This document shows, piece after piece, positions 12,491-26,151 of a stretch of DNA of 64,000 bases. The notes beneath the pieces are model-generated. The model was not told the DNA's origin, ran no database searches, and saw only the letters and a list, made by a program, of their open reading frames with translations. A program made the position numbers and the translations under genes. The stretch lies in contig OX597838.1 of assembly GCA_951406725.2 (NCBI GenBank), positions 16,120,001 through 16,184,000 of the forward strand. Direction: 5' to 3'. The number at the start of each line of letters is the position of its first letter. The first letter of the stretch is position 1. Source of the stretch: Octopus vulgaris (Eukaryota).

Positions 12491-12862
12491 ACCAGTGTAT
12501 TCTATAAAATGGTTGACAGGAGGTTCTACAGCTGTAGAAATGGTGCCAAAACAGACTATGGAACTTGATGTGACCTTGGCCTTGCCAGCGCCTGTCAAAC
12601 TATCCAAACCATGCCATCACGGAAGACAGATGTAAAATGATGTTTACAAATAATGGTGTCAATTTGAAAACATATGAGTTTGGAAATAACAGCAGAGTAA
12701 AGTTTTTTTTTTTGCAATGTATTATGTTTTAAAAAATTCTTATTCAGTGATTTACGGAAGATGGACTATTTACATAAAAAGGGTTTTAAAAACAATCATT
12801 TCCTTGAAATACATAGGCTTCACACAGACATAAAATTTTAGGCCTTAAAACTGTTTACTTAC

Positions 12863-12934
12863 TCTCCATTGGGTGCAAGTTCGCAGATTTCAAACCAAAC
12901 CAAAAGGTCGTATTTTGCATGAACTGGAGAAGTA
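12863..12934 (-). CDS. unc-104: unc-104/KIF1A exon (72 nt), start of DUF3694-like region
   Basis: tctttctttcgcag| ... GA|gtaagt. Encodes [23 protein letters not shown](E). Confidence 0.97.
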
Positions 12935-13920
12935 CTGCGAAAGAAAGAGAAAAGAAAAGAATAACAATTAGTTTTATTAACAAAAACAGATTAGAATTTT
13001 ATTAAAAAAAAAAAAAAAAAAAAACTAAATAATGATGGTTTCGTAACTAGGCATGAAACCGTAAACAAGAATATTGGTCTCAAATTTTGGCACAAGGCCA
13101 GCAATTTCGTGCTCAACAGATGCTTATTTTATTGACCCCAGAACGATGAAATGCAAAGTCAACCTTGGCAGAAGTTGAACTCAGAACATATGCCACTATG
13201 CAGTTTATCCGGCTTGCTAATGATTCAGCCAGCTTGCCACTTCGAAAGCCAGAATATTACACAGAAACAAAAAGAAGAAGAAGAAGAAGAAGAAGAAGAA
13301 GAAGCAGCAGTAGTAGTAGTAGAATGACCATAATTTGAGAGTAATAAGAGTAAGTTGGAGGAGGGTGTTAACCTCTGACCTGCTGCACTCTGTTACAGAA
13401 TGGAAAATAATATCAGCAACAAGAATATTCCTAACTGAAGGCAGAAGAATTCAGATTCATGGGGGAGGGTGGAGATATGGTAGAGTGGAGGGAGGGAGGG
13501 AGAGGAGAAAGAGAGAGGGAGGCAGAAAAAGAGAGAGTGAGAGAAAAAGAGGAAGAGAGAAAGAGAGAGATGTTAAACCCTTTAGCATTTAAACCAGCCA
13601 TATTGAGCACCCAGATATTCTGCCTATTTTATGTTTCCAAACTGGCCAGATCTGACACCTTACACTTACCCTACAATGTCATTCTAAAAATAAACAATCA
13701 CATCATCAAAGTATCGCAACCACAAGATAAATCTATGATTAAGACAAAACTAAGTGAATAATTAAGCATTACATCTGTAAAATGTAATGCTTATTTTTCG
13801 TTTCTGGATTTGGTTTGCAAGATTATTTATGTGAGTTTGTGTGTTGAAGCATATTCTGTTGTGTCTGGGGAGAGTCATTTTCTTTTTGTGCTTTATAATG
13901 TAACACACCCACCGGTGAAA

Positions 13921-14110
13921 TTTCCACTTATTTCTTATTTTTATTTTCCTAAAATTTTCGTTGTGTCTTGCAACCTTTTCAATAGTCTTGACCCTGTCTG
14001 GACAGAGTCAAGACTATAGAAAAGGTTGAATGGACAAAGTCAACACTTTTGGAAAGGTTGCAAGACGCAACGAAAATTTTAGGAAAATGAAAATAAGAAA
14101 TAAGTGGAAA
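13921..14110. repeat. inverted repeat with a nested inner hairpin
   Basis: tttccacttatttcttattttt...cttgcaaccttttc / gaaaggttgcaagacgcaacgaaaattttaggaaaatgaaaataagaaataagtggaaa; inner hairpin ...gtcttgaccctgtc-tg-gacagagtcaagac... Confidence 0.88.
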
Positions 14111-16238
14111 CAGTATGGCTGTTGCTGATGTTATTGCTGTCATTTAACCCTTAACTGATGAGAAATTTTAAGAATTTCATAAGTAATCAACAACAACAGC
14201 AAAAATAGATATATGTATTCTGTGCATCTTTTTCCTTGCAATTCCTTAATTTCAAATTCAAACTTCTAATCCTACCAAATGTTATGAAGAAATGATTATC
14301 TCCCTTGTATTAACTGCCTGCTCTGAACTCTGAGTAGTCCTACAATCAAAAGCATTCTAGCTATTATCATCCTCTCTTTCTAGAAAATATCTAAGACAAT
14401 GTTATGTATTAATTGCTGTATGTACACACACACATAAATACATACATGCATGCATTCATAGATACTTGTATGTACGTACATACATATGTACTGGTTGCCA
14501 AGAATGTCTGTTATATGTAAGTGGTCTGTCTATCCTATAGTTTTACACCACTAAACTTAGTGGTTATTTAAGCAATGAATTTGTGGAACTACTTCTTAGC
14601 CAATAATGTTCCCAGCTCTATTCTGAGCACTTGTCAGGGTCTCCGGTATGGGTTAAATGGCATGGGACCAGTGAAGCCAAGGTATAATGAAATCATGGCC
14701 TGCAGCATGGTGGAAGTGAACTATTTCAGAAAATAAACTTATTGAATCAATGGTGAATATCACCAGATGCCAAGCAGATGAACAGACAACAAACTATCAA
14801 TGGCCAAGATCAACCAATTCGCTTAGCAAACTACTGCTAATTTCATCAGTAATTGTAGTATGTACAGATGAGATATTTCAGCTAGTGAAAGACCAGTGTG
14901 ACTAAAACATAAACCAGGCATTCGAACCACATCACTCGATCAGGACATCTTGGCATGGAAGTGTTACACAAGTGGGGGCAAGTTGCCCAACTGGATGATG
15001 AAGAGAACTTTGCTTGTCATTATTTAGAGGCCAATAAAATAAAGTACCAGTCAAGAACTAGGGCTGATACAATCAACTTCCCCTTCCCCTCAAAATTACT
15101 TGCCTTAAGCCAAAAGAAGTGGTGACCTTGGCAGAATCGTTACTACACTGGAAAAAATGCTTAGCAGCATTTCTTGTGACCTTATATTCTTAGTTCAAAT
15201 GCTACTTGTGGTTGACTTTGCCCTTCGTCTATTAGGGTTTATAAAATAAGGACTAGATAAGCACTGGGGTTTCTGTAATTGATTTATTCCTGAAATTGCT
15301 GGCCTTGTGCCAAAATTTAAAACTATTAATATTAATTTTATTATTAATTATTTAACCCTTTCACATTTAAACCAGCCATATCCAGTCAAAATATTCTACT
15401 GGTTTTATGTTTAAACTGGCCAGATCTGGCCTCTTAAAGCTACCTTACAATATTATTCTAAAAATAAACAATTATGTCATGGAAATCTCAAACCTAAAAG
15501 AAAATGTACGACTAATTGAAACGAATGTGAAATAAATAATTATTACACTTGACAAAGTAATCCGAATGCTAAACAATTAAGTAAGAAATTACACATAAAA
15601 TATAAGAAATTATTAAATAAAATGAAACAAAATATAAAATAACTGGAAGAGGGGAAACATGTTCTATACAAGTAAGATAAAATAGTAGCCTGTACAGGTC
15701 CTTTCCCCGACCCTTTATTATTCAAAGTGAAAATGAAAGATAGTCTTTAGCCATCTGAGGCAGCTTTTAAACTGGAGTTTAGAAAGAATTGTGAGGGGTT
15801 AGTTAGTATGGTTAATGATTGAAGGGATAAACACGAAGAGCATTAGAATTCAGGTAAAGCGAAAGAGATAGAGAGAGATAAAAACTGTTAATGTTAACGG
15901 TGTACACAGCATACCAAAATGAAACAGAGAGAGAGAGAGAAAGAAAAATGAGACACTCAAGGGTAAAAAACACCCCCACTAAAACATCTGGCAACATTTC
16001 TATTTCGATTGAATGGAATATAGTCTAAACAAAAACCAAAAATAAAAAAGAAAAAAAATTTACATGCTAAAAACATACGCACACACATACACATCACCAC
16101 CACTACCACCACCATCTGTCATAAATATTTTCTTTCTTCACCATGCAGAACATAAATAGACCACAAGAGTCCACCCATTAAGGGGGTAAAAATAGGTAAA
16201 AAACACATATACACACTCATTTCACATTATATATATAT

Positions 16239-16274
<36 letters not shown>

Positions 16275-16357
16275 TATATATTATATATATATATTAAATA
16301 TATTATATATATTAAATATATTATATATATATATATTAAATATATTATATATATTAA

Positions 16358-16400
<43 letters not shown>

Positions 16401-16596
16401 ACATACACACACACACAAACAAACAGGTGCAAAGAGAAAAGGTTCAAAGTGTAAAGAATTAAGAAAATGGAGTAAGAAAAACTAAGGAGAAAAAATGAGC
16501 ACAATGCAACATTTGGGTGTAGAATGTATTGCAAGGTGTGTAGAGTACAAAGTGTTTGGTGTAGAATGTGTTGTGTAGAGTGTTTGGAGCTCAGCA

Positions 16597-16865
16597 TATT
16601 GTGTGTACAGTGTAAGATGTATAATTTATGGTGTAGAGTATACTGTGTATAGTATAGGATGTATAATCTATGATGTAGAATATATTGTGTACAGTGTAAA
16701 ATGTATAATTTATGGTGTAGAGTATATTGTGTATAGTATAGGATGTATAATCTATGATGTAGAATATATTGTGTACAGTGTAAAATGTATAATTTATGGT
16801 GTAGAGTATATTGTGTATAGTATAGGATGTATAATCTATGATGTAGAATATATTGTGTACAGTGT
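16597..16865. repeat. 84-bp (2x42) minisatellite, about 3 copies, within a degenerate GT/AT-rich array to about 17200
   Basis: acagtg recurs at 16607, 16691, 16775 and 16859. Confidence 0.88.
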
Positions 16866-18632
16866 TAATGTCTGGGGTAATGTGATGGTACAGGGTCTAG
16901 TGTAAAAGGGCCTACAGTGCAGAATACATTGTGTAGGGTGTACAATGTATGATATAGAATATATTATGCATGGTGTAGGGTGAATAATATATATTGTAGA
17001 ATATAGGGTGAAGGGTGTACAATATATTGTGTAGCATATATATTGTGTAGTATATAGTATACAAGGGTATAGAGTATAGATTGTGTGTAGAATGTATAGC
17101 ATAGAATGTATCATGTATTGTGTAGGGTGTATAGTGTAGAATGTGTTGTGTAGTATAAAATGTATGGTGTAGAATATATCGTAGACTATAGAATGCAGTG
17201 TAGTATGTTTTGTTATCTCAATGAAAATGTTTTATCCACAGATTTTAAGTATCCAAAAGTCATCAAAGGAAAACATATTTATTTATATACACCCAATCTC
17301 TTATAGAAGTGAACAGATTCTTACATAAACAGGCTATCTAGTGCATATATAATAGCTTTCTCTCTCACTCTGTCTCATGCACACACATCCATTCACATCA
17401 AAACACTTTGCAGACACACATGTACCTGTAGACACAAAAATATATATTGATCAACATAAATACAGAAGCCAGTCAAGGCAGCGCTGGCATCGGCCATGTT
17501 CGGGTGGTGCTTTTTACATGCTACCAGCACAGGTATCACAACTACAATTTCCATTTGATATTTATTTTGATGTTGATGTACATGACTCAAATAGGTCTCC
17601 TCAAGCACAGCAGGTCACCCAACGATCCAAGGTAAGCACAGCAGGTCATTCTGCAATCCAAGGTACTTTGGATGGGCTGGGGCTATGCGAAACTGGTGCA
17701 GGAAACAGCCATGAACTCACATTATTTGTCGGGTCTTAGCAGTCACAGCATATCTCCAGAGATATGAAACAAGTGAAGACAAGGTGAGAGAGAAGATAAC
17801 AGTAACTAGTTTAAAAGGGGAAAACACAAAAATGGCTCTCACAAACATTTGATCCCACAATAAGCGCAAAACACTCAAATAATATCCAAGAGAAGTCACA
17901 TATATAATCCACCAAAGATCAAATATTTTAAAGACTACCCAATTATTTATGAAAAAATTAATCGATTTCAGCTAATACATGGGAACAAATCAAACATGGA
18001 TGTTATTAGCTATTCTCAATAAGTTCTGACTGAATATGTTTATGTCCTCAAAGCAACTGATTAAATCTATCATTAAAGCAGAGTTTCTAATTATGATCAT
18101 CTTTCCCTTTTCATCAGCAACATTATACTAGAGATTTACAACTTGGTGTGTAACATCTCAAAAACAGCTTTGCAGTCACACTTGCTCTATTTGTGTGAAT
18201 AAAACATGGGTTTTTAACATTTTAGTGCCGATTACTAATGAATATTCATTAGTGGGAATTTCAAGAGTTCTTTTATGGGGAAAAAGCTGAACTTCCTGAT
18301 AGGAATTCAAAGAGATGTTATGCAAATGTTATGTAGAACTCAGAGAAGAGAATTAAACCAAGAAAACGGATGATGTGTTATGCCGAAAAAATGTTAATCC
18401 AGCAAATCTTCTACAGCACAAAATGTAAAAAGGAAAACACATAATTTATATTTGTTTGTGTATAAAGGGCAGGGGTGCAGGCATGGCTGTGTGTTCAGAA
18501 TTTTTGTTTTGTGACCATGTCATGTTAGGTTCAGTCCTATTAACTGACTTTTTAAGCAAATGCCTTCTACTATAGCCCTGGGCTAAACAAAAACTGTGAA
18601 TAGATTTGGTAAGCAAATACTAAAAGAAGCCC

Positions 18633-18687
<55 letters not shown>

Positions 18688-19577
18688 ATATTTGAGTGCA
18701 TTTGTAACTCTGGGTCTCAACACTGCATGGTAGTTGTAAACAAGTATCACTGTCATACAAGCAGTGTCAATCATTTCCAATCTTCTGTGAAAACATGTCT
18801 TGTCGTAGGAAATATCCCTTTGCTTGGAAACAGGTGAGGGTTGGTGACAGAAAGGGCGACTAGCCAGAGAAAAATCTGCCTCTATACACAAATGGAAAAA
18901 TGGGCATCAAAGGAATGATGACGTCAGAGACATATTGCGAAACGAAGGAAGGGAGGTAAAAGAAGTAGGTTTAAAACAATCACTCTTATATTACATAAAA
19001 ATGAAACTATATGGCTTAAAGCGAAGTGATTTGCTGTCTGAATAGAACATGCTAAAACTATTATGCACCAACAGAAATGCAGAATATATATACAAAGCAC
19101 CCACTACGCTCTCGGAGTGGTTGACGCTAGGAAGGGCATCCAGCTGTAGAAACTCTGCCAGATCAAGATTGGAGCCTGGTGCAGCCATCTGGTTCGCCAG
19201 TCCTCAGTCAAATCGTCCAATCCATGCTAGCATGGAAAACAGACATTAAACAACGACGATGATGATGATGATATATGTTTATATAAGCGTGTGTGTGTTA
19301 ATATACTTCCACACATCTGTATATAGCAAATATGTGTCTTGTAAGGGAATCTTACATTGCGTATAAACTCTATATTTGGAAGGACCCATTTTAAACTCTT
19401 GGACTTTTGGACTTTACTCATAGGATATTGGAATATTGCATGTATACAATTATGCCTGAAAAATGGATTTACAACTTCAATATCCATACATATCTTGCAT
19501 CTATTTTCTTTCTTCCACCTCACTCTCTATTTTGTATCTCAGCCAAACTAACTATGACTTAACCATCCTCTCACACC

Positions 19578-19630
19578 GTCTCTGATGAAGGGATATAATT
19601 AATAAATTTCCTAGAAACAGCTGTTAAGAC
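19578..19630 (+). ncRNA. minimal type-I hammerhead ribozyme-like motif (Penelope-like LTR), probably degenerate
   Basis: gtct-CTGATGA-agggat..atttcct-a-GAAAC-agct-gtt-a-agac: stem I gtct/agac, palindromic stem III cagctg, one extra nucleotide at the cleavage site. Confidence 0.7.
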
Positions 19631-20298
19631 CTTCTTTCTATAAATGTTCTAATATCTACACAGCCTTGGTTTTTTATCGTATTATGCAAAAAATTCTTAT
19701 ATATGAGTTATATATACATACATATGTTTATATAAGTGTGTGTGTGTGTGTGTTAATATGCCTCTACATATCTGTATATAGCAAATCTGTGCCTATACAA
19801 ATATGCATATCCAGAAGATATATATATGAGTTATATATACATAAATGTTTATATATGTGTGTGTGTGTTTGTGTGTGTTTGTGTGTGTTCATATGCTTCT
19901 ACATATCTGTATATAACAAGTATGTGTCTATACATACCTGCATATCACAAAATATATAAACGTGTGTGTGTGAATGTGCATATACATATCTGCATGTGTA
20001 TACATATGTATATAAAAGCATATGCACATGTATTTACATGTAAGTCTATGCATGTATGCATGTAATAATGCATCCTCCAAACATGCATTATAAAAGAAAG
20101 TAACAACAACTGCAAAATCCTAATAAATAATAATAAGAAGAACAACAACTGGGAGTTGTTAACATGCTTGACAAAAAAGAAAAGTGATAGAAAGAGAAAG
20201 AGAGAGAGAGAAGTTGATTGCAGTGTGAGAGAGGGAGGGAGAGAGATAGAGAGAAAGAAAAGGAAATAAAACAACACAGAAATTGGGGAATACTGCAC

Positions 20299-20340
20299 CT
20301 GGGATCTAGTGTCCAGCCAGAGGGGACAGCCAGGGGACTA
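20299..20340 (-). CDS. candidate alternative microexon of unc-104 (42 nt, phase 2-2)
   Basis: Strong acceptor tttttctgttttccccag| (NAGNAG cag/tag), donor CAG|gtgcag. GC-rich island in AT-rich low-complexity DNA; in frame (S)SPLAVPSGWTLDP(S). Confidence 0.55.
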
Positions 20341-20403
20341 CTGGGGAAAACAGAAAAATAGCCAATGGAGACAAAGTTGAAAGAAATAAATGCAGACCAG
20401 ACA

Positions 20404-20461
<58 letters not shown>

Positions 20462-20605
20462 TTCATGCATATATATATGTGTGTATATATATACACATGC
20501 ATATATGTGTATGTGTGTATAGACACACATATTCATCATCATTGTTTAATATCCACACTCCATGCTGGCATATATATATATATACACACACACATATATA
20601 TATAT

Positions 20606-20639
<34 letters not shown>

Positions 20640-21297
20640 GCATATAAGTGTATGTGCATATTTATACACACACTAGCATACACACAACTACATATACATA
20701 TATAGTACATATACAAACACACAAACACACATACATACACATATATATATATATATGTATATATAAAATTAATCGAAGGACACTGTATGTCTACCTGCTG
20801 GAAATAACAGTCAAAGCTCAGCAGGTAGACATACTTGGTATGTCCTTTGATTAATTTTAATCCTTCAGCTATTTAAAGCTTTTTTGGGGGCCTGCAATTG
20901 CCTATGTTATTGATTCTGTTATTATCATTTTAATTGTTACACTAGATAATAATAGAGTCAATATCTTCGCAAATACTTACTCCCAAATTATTTGCTCCAT
21001 ATAGGAATATATATATATATATACCCACATACACACACACATATATTCATGTACATGTACTTAAATAAGATTATGTGCATGTATAAAAAACACACAACTG
21101 ATCAGCCGGGAAAGCAAGCATCTTTTGATGGAAGTAATTAGTGACAAAGGTACAGATTACAACAAGCAAAGGTAGGGTTAAGATTTACAGGAGATAAACC
21201 AAATCTGTTTTCAATCTTCCATTCATATTTCTTTTAGTCATTCATTTTAATGATTCCAATATTCATAACCTTTACTTCCAAACATCAAAGAATCTTT

Positions 21298-21361
<64 letters not shown>

Positions 21362-24300
21362 GCTATACCACAACTCTGTGACCTAGGTTCAGTAGTTGAG
21401 GGCTAAGTTTAAGCTGAATAGCAGCCATAAAGACAACCATGTGACTAATTCGAGCCTGCCAAATCCTTGGAGTATCACTTCGTTTTCAAGTAATATTCTT
21501 TTTGTCTTTGTTTTAGTCATTTGACTGCAGCCATGCTGGAGCACTGCCTTTAAGTCAAAGAAATCTTATATCTTCAAGCTTAGTACTTATTTTATCAGTT
21601 TCTTTTGCCAAAATGCTAAGTTACAGGGATGTAAACACACCAACACCAGTTGTCAAGTGATGATGGGGAGGGGGACAAGCACAGATAAAAAGTCACGCAC
21701 ACATAGATATATGCATGTGTATATATATACGATGGGCTTCTTTCAGTTTCCATCTACCAAATCCACTCACAAGACTTTGGTCGGCTTGAGGCTTATAGTA
21801 GAAGACACTTGCCCAAGGTGCCACACAGTGGGACTGAACCCGGAACCATGTGGCTCAGAAGTAAGCTTCTTACCACACTGACATGTCTGCACATCTATGT
21901 TTTCGTTATTGTTGTTGTTTGGAAGTATGTAATTCCTGGCAAAACAGACCTGGCAAAACAGACCTGAGCTCAAAAACCTTTCTAGTCCTTATTCTACCCT
22001 GTATTTATCAAACATTTTATATCTATCACTATATTATTATTTTTTTTTTTGATAAGTTGATATTATTTGACTTTAGGAGATTTGGCTGCTATTTCTAGAA
22101 AGTCAGGTGACCACCTTTTCTTTTATCTTTTACTTGTTTGATGCTGGGGCATTGCCTTGAAGTCGAATAAATCAACCCCAGAACTTATTTTTTGTTAAGC
22201 CAAGTACTTATTCTTTTAATATTTTGAAAACATTCTGTCGAGGAATATGAGGTGTTGTTCACATTCTCAGAGAAGGATCTCCCAAATTAAATAAATATAA
22301 GGAATGAAATGCATGAGACTAGTGAGCTAATCAATAAATGCTGAACAACTGCAAAATCAGAATTCTCTGGAATTACATGGGGACATTGTGAAGAGTGTGC
22401 TCAACTAATATGAGTTAGTGACCTATTCCGTAAATTAAAAAAAAAAAAGAAAACAGAATGTAATGGAAAGTGGTATAACATCGAAAGATAAAGCTTTAAA
22501 GCTTACAGATAAATATCAACATGGCTTGATATGGTGAGATATCAATCATTTCGTATTGTAGGTATGATACTCTGAGCTTTTTATTGAATTTGTTTGTTAG
22601 AATATCAAAACTCATGTAAATACAGTAACCATAATGGTTATTAGCACTGCATCCTTCAAAACTTCCATGCTTCCTGAGATCCGCCAACACTACACCTGAT
22701 TTTCTCCCATCCATACACACACAAGCATGTACCTGACTCATGCATTGTTCGCTTTCCAGACATTTGTACACTTACTGCATGTGCTTTATATGCACTGTCT
22801 GACAAGTTGTGGTGCACCTGAGCACTGTATACAATAATTTCATTATTATTATATTATTATATTATTATCAAAAGATTTAAAAAAACAAACAAAAAAAAAA
22901 CAGAAGAAAAAAACTGATTTAAAAAAAAATGAGTTTCAAAACAAAAAGAATTGATTTGTTTTTTTTTTTGTTTTTTTACACACGAGGGAAATATGAAGGG
23001 GTCTGTCGTTTAGATGCAATTTCTGAAGCAATGAGTAAATTTCCATCTGGACAGGATGTCACACAATGGGAATTAGTCGTGTCACAACACATGGCTCAGT
23101 TGCATCACAAGTGAATCAGCAGCATTGCAATATGCAAATCAGTTGCATGCAGGTAGGTAGGTAGGCAGGTAGATACACAAATGAAAAAAAAAATTAAATG
23201 CATGTAATATTAGCATGGCTCAGTCCTATACGACTTGAAGTTTTGGAGAGACACAAATCACAAAATCACCATCTACTAATATGATCTCAAGGCAACCAAA
23301 ACAATTGGTAATTTCTGCCTACAAAACTTCAACTGACGTGGGACTATATTAATTTGTTTATAATGAACCCTACCCAATTTCTACAGTTGTTACTTTTTCC
23401 TATCTTCCCTACTTATCATCCCTCAATACTTGTTCTTTATTATACTACTATGGTAATCCCTCAAGGTCGAGGATGATGGTCTTCGTGCAAATTTATTGGT
23501 GAGTCCGCAGGTGACTGATAAGACCAATTCTTGCTCGAAAAGATCGGTCACAGTGCGGACAACACTGTGACCGCACTGTTCTTTATTATATTCACCCTCT
23601 CACTCATTCCCTATCCAACCTTCTTTCACTCTTCCATCCGTCCCTGCAACCCCACCTCATACACCCTGCTTTGTCCCCACTCACCTTGTACTCATCACCA
23701 CTATTTTTATCTCTTTCCAGTTTCATCCTGGTCACTCCCACCCTCTTTGACTTGTTTCAGTCATTTGACTGCGGCCATGCTGGAGCACCACCTTTAGTCG
23801 AGCAAATCGACCCCAGGACTTATTCTTTGTAAGCCTAGTACTTATTCTATCAGTCTCTTTTGCCGAACTGCTAAGTTATGCTGACGTAAACACACCACCA
23901 TCGATTGTCAAGTGATGTTGGGGGGACAAACACAGACACACAAACATATACACACACATACATACATATATATATACACACATATGCGACGGGCTTCTTT
24001 CAGTTTCTGTCAACTAAATCCACTCACAAAGCTTTGGTTGGCTCAAGACTATAGCAGAAGACACTTGCTCAAGGTGCAACACAGTAGGAATGAACCCAGA
24101 ACCATGTGGTTGGTAAGTAAGCTACTTACCACACAGCCACTCCTGCACCTATAATGTAAGTAGCCATATAGTCTCCCCACAGCAAGAAACCTGTTCTACG
24201 CTGATCCCTTCTCTCATATGTTAATCCCTTATCTCCTAGCATAAAACTACTTTCCTCCCTGCTGTAGCCCCACTCACTTGACTATGATCTTAGTCTTGCA

Positions 24301-25441
24301 AGCTGCAAGACAACCTCACTCAGTTAAGTGGTTGGCATAATAAAACAGCATCAAGCCATAGGAACCATACCAAAGCATGGTACAGGAGCAAGATGCTGTC
24401 TTTGGACCACTGACATTCTGTCAAACTATCCATCTCATGCTAGCATGAAGCAGACATTAAATGATGACAAGTGTGTGTGTGGGGGGGGTGCCTGCACACG
24501 CCCGTGACTGTCAATCATGCAAAAAATAAAACTAGGAGCTATATAGTTCCTCCTCATTAGATTTTGCAGCCTTGTGAATTTTTATGGAGATGAAATTCTT
24601 ATTCAGCAACCAACGCTGATTCCTTCTGGAGAGGGGCATTACCCCACCAACATTGCCACCACCACAGAGGTAGTCAACTGACCATACATTACTGCTTACA
24701 ACAAAAGCAAAAACCTCCACCAGCTTCAGTAGGAAAGATTGAAGAGAAGCTAATATTTAAAAGTTGTTAATTCAAGGATGAGTGACCATGCAGAACAACA
24801 ATTCACAATTTTTTCCCCAGCAAGGATCTCTTTTATATGAATGAATTTTCCCATAGGACCCAGTCTTTTGATAGGTTTGTCTATTCAATAGCCTCGTTTT
24901 ATTGATTAACAGCAAACTCAGTTTCCTAGTTTCATGCCTCAACTGAAAGCTATACGTACATTATATATATATATATTCTTTTACTTTTTACTTGTTTCAG
25001 TCATTTGACTGCAGCCATGCTGGAGCACAGCCTTTAGACAAAGAAATCGACTCTAGGACTTATTCTTTGTAAGCCTAGTACTTATTGCATCGGCCTCTTT
25101 TTGCTGAACCACTAAGTTACGGTGACGTAAACACACCAGCATCGGCTGTCAAGCAATGATGTGGGGACAAACACAGACACACAATCATATACATACATAT
25201 ATATATATACGACAGGCTTCTTTCAGTTTCCATCAACCAAATTCACTCACAAGGCTTTGGTCAGCCCAAAACTATAGTAGAAGACACTTGCTCAAGGTGC
25301 CACATACAGGTAATGTTGATCTGATGGAGGGAGTGAGCTTAAGTCTACGCAAACATTTGATCACTCAAAGCAAATCATCTGTGTGGTTGTTCAGTAAGAA
25401 ATTGTCGAACCTTCATGCATCGTCTTACAACAGGAGAGTCC

Positions 25442-25496
<55 letters not shown>

Positions 25497-26113
25497 CTGG
25501 CACTTGTGCTGATGGCATGTGAAAAAACACTCCTGTGCAGGTGGCACACAAAAAGCACCATTTGAGCATGGCCGCTGCCAGTACTGCCTGACTGGCCTTC
25601 GTGCCGGTGGCACACAAAAGCACCCACTACACTCACAGAGTGGTTGGTGTTAGGAAGGGCATCCAGCTGTAGAAACTCTGCCAGATCAGATTGGAGACTG
25701 GTGCAACCATCTGGTTCGCCAGACCTCAGTCAAATCGTTCAACCCATGCTAGCATGGAAAGCAGACGTTAAACAATGATGATGATATATAATGTATGTAT
25801 GTATATATTCAAGGTGCTGCACAATGGAACTGAACCCAAAACCATGCGGTCGCAAAGCAAGCTTCTTAACCTCACAGCCATACCTGCGGCTATAATTATT
25901 AATTATGACTTTGTAAGAAAGGTGTATTATTATATTATAATATATATATATATATATATAAACATATATATATATATATGTATATATGTATATGTGTATA
26001 TGTGTATATGTATATGTGTATATGTATATGTATATATGTATATACATATATATGTGTTGATTCGCTAGCTTCTGCATGCATTTTTTTTTCTCTCCTTGTT
26101 TCTTTTCTGTGTA

Positions 26114-26151
26114 TCTTTCTGATGAAGAGTGTAGGCTCGAAACATAAAAGA
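26114..26151 (+). ncRNA. minimal hammerhead ribozyme-like motif (Penelope-like)
   Basis: tcttt-CTGATGA-a-gagt-gtag-gctc-GAAAC-a-TA-aaaga: 5-bp stem I and 4-bp stem II. GAAACATA could be a CpG-decayed GAAACGTA. Confidence 0.75.

Noticed and set aside
11649-12607. CRISPR-like array or repetitive Cys/His-rich ORFs
   Set aside because: Head-to-tail 26-bp units with no unique spacers, no cas genes and a eukaryotic intron context; the ORFs are translations of the minisatellite.
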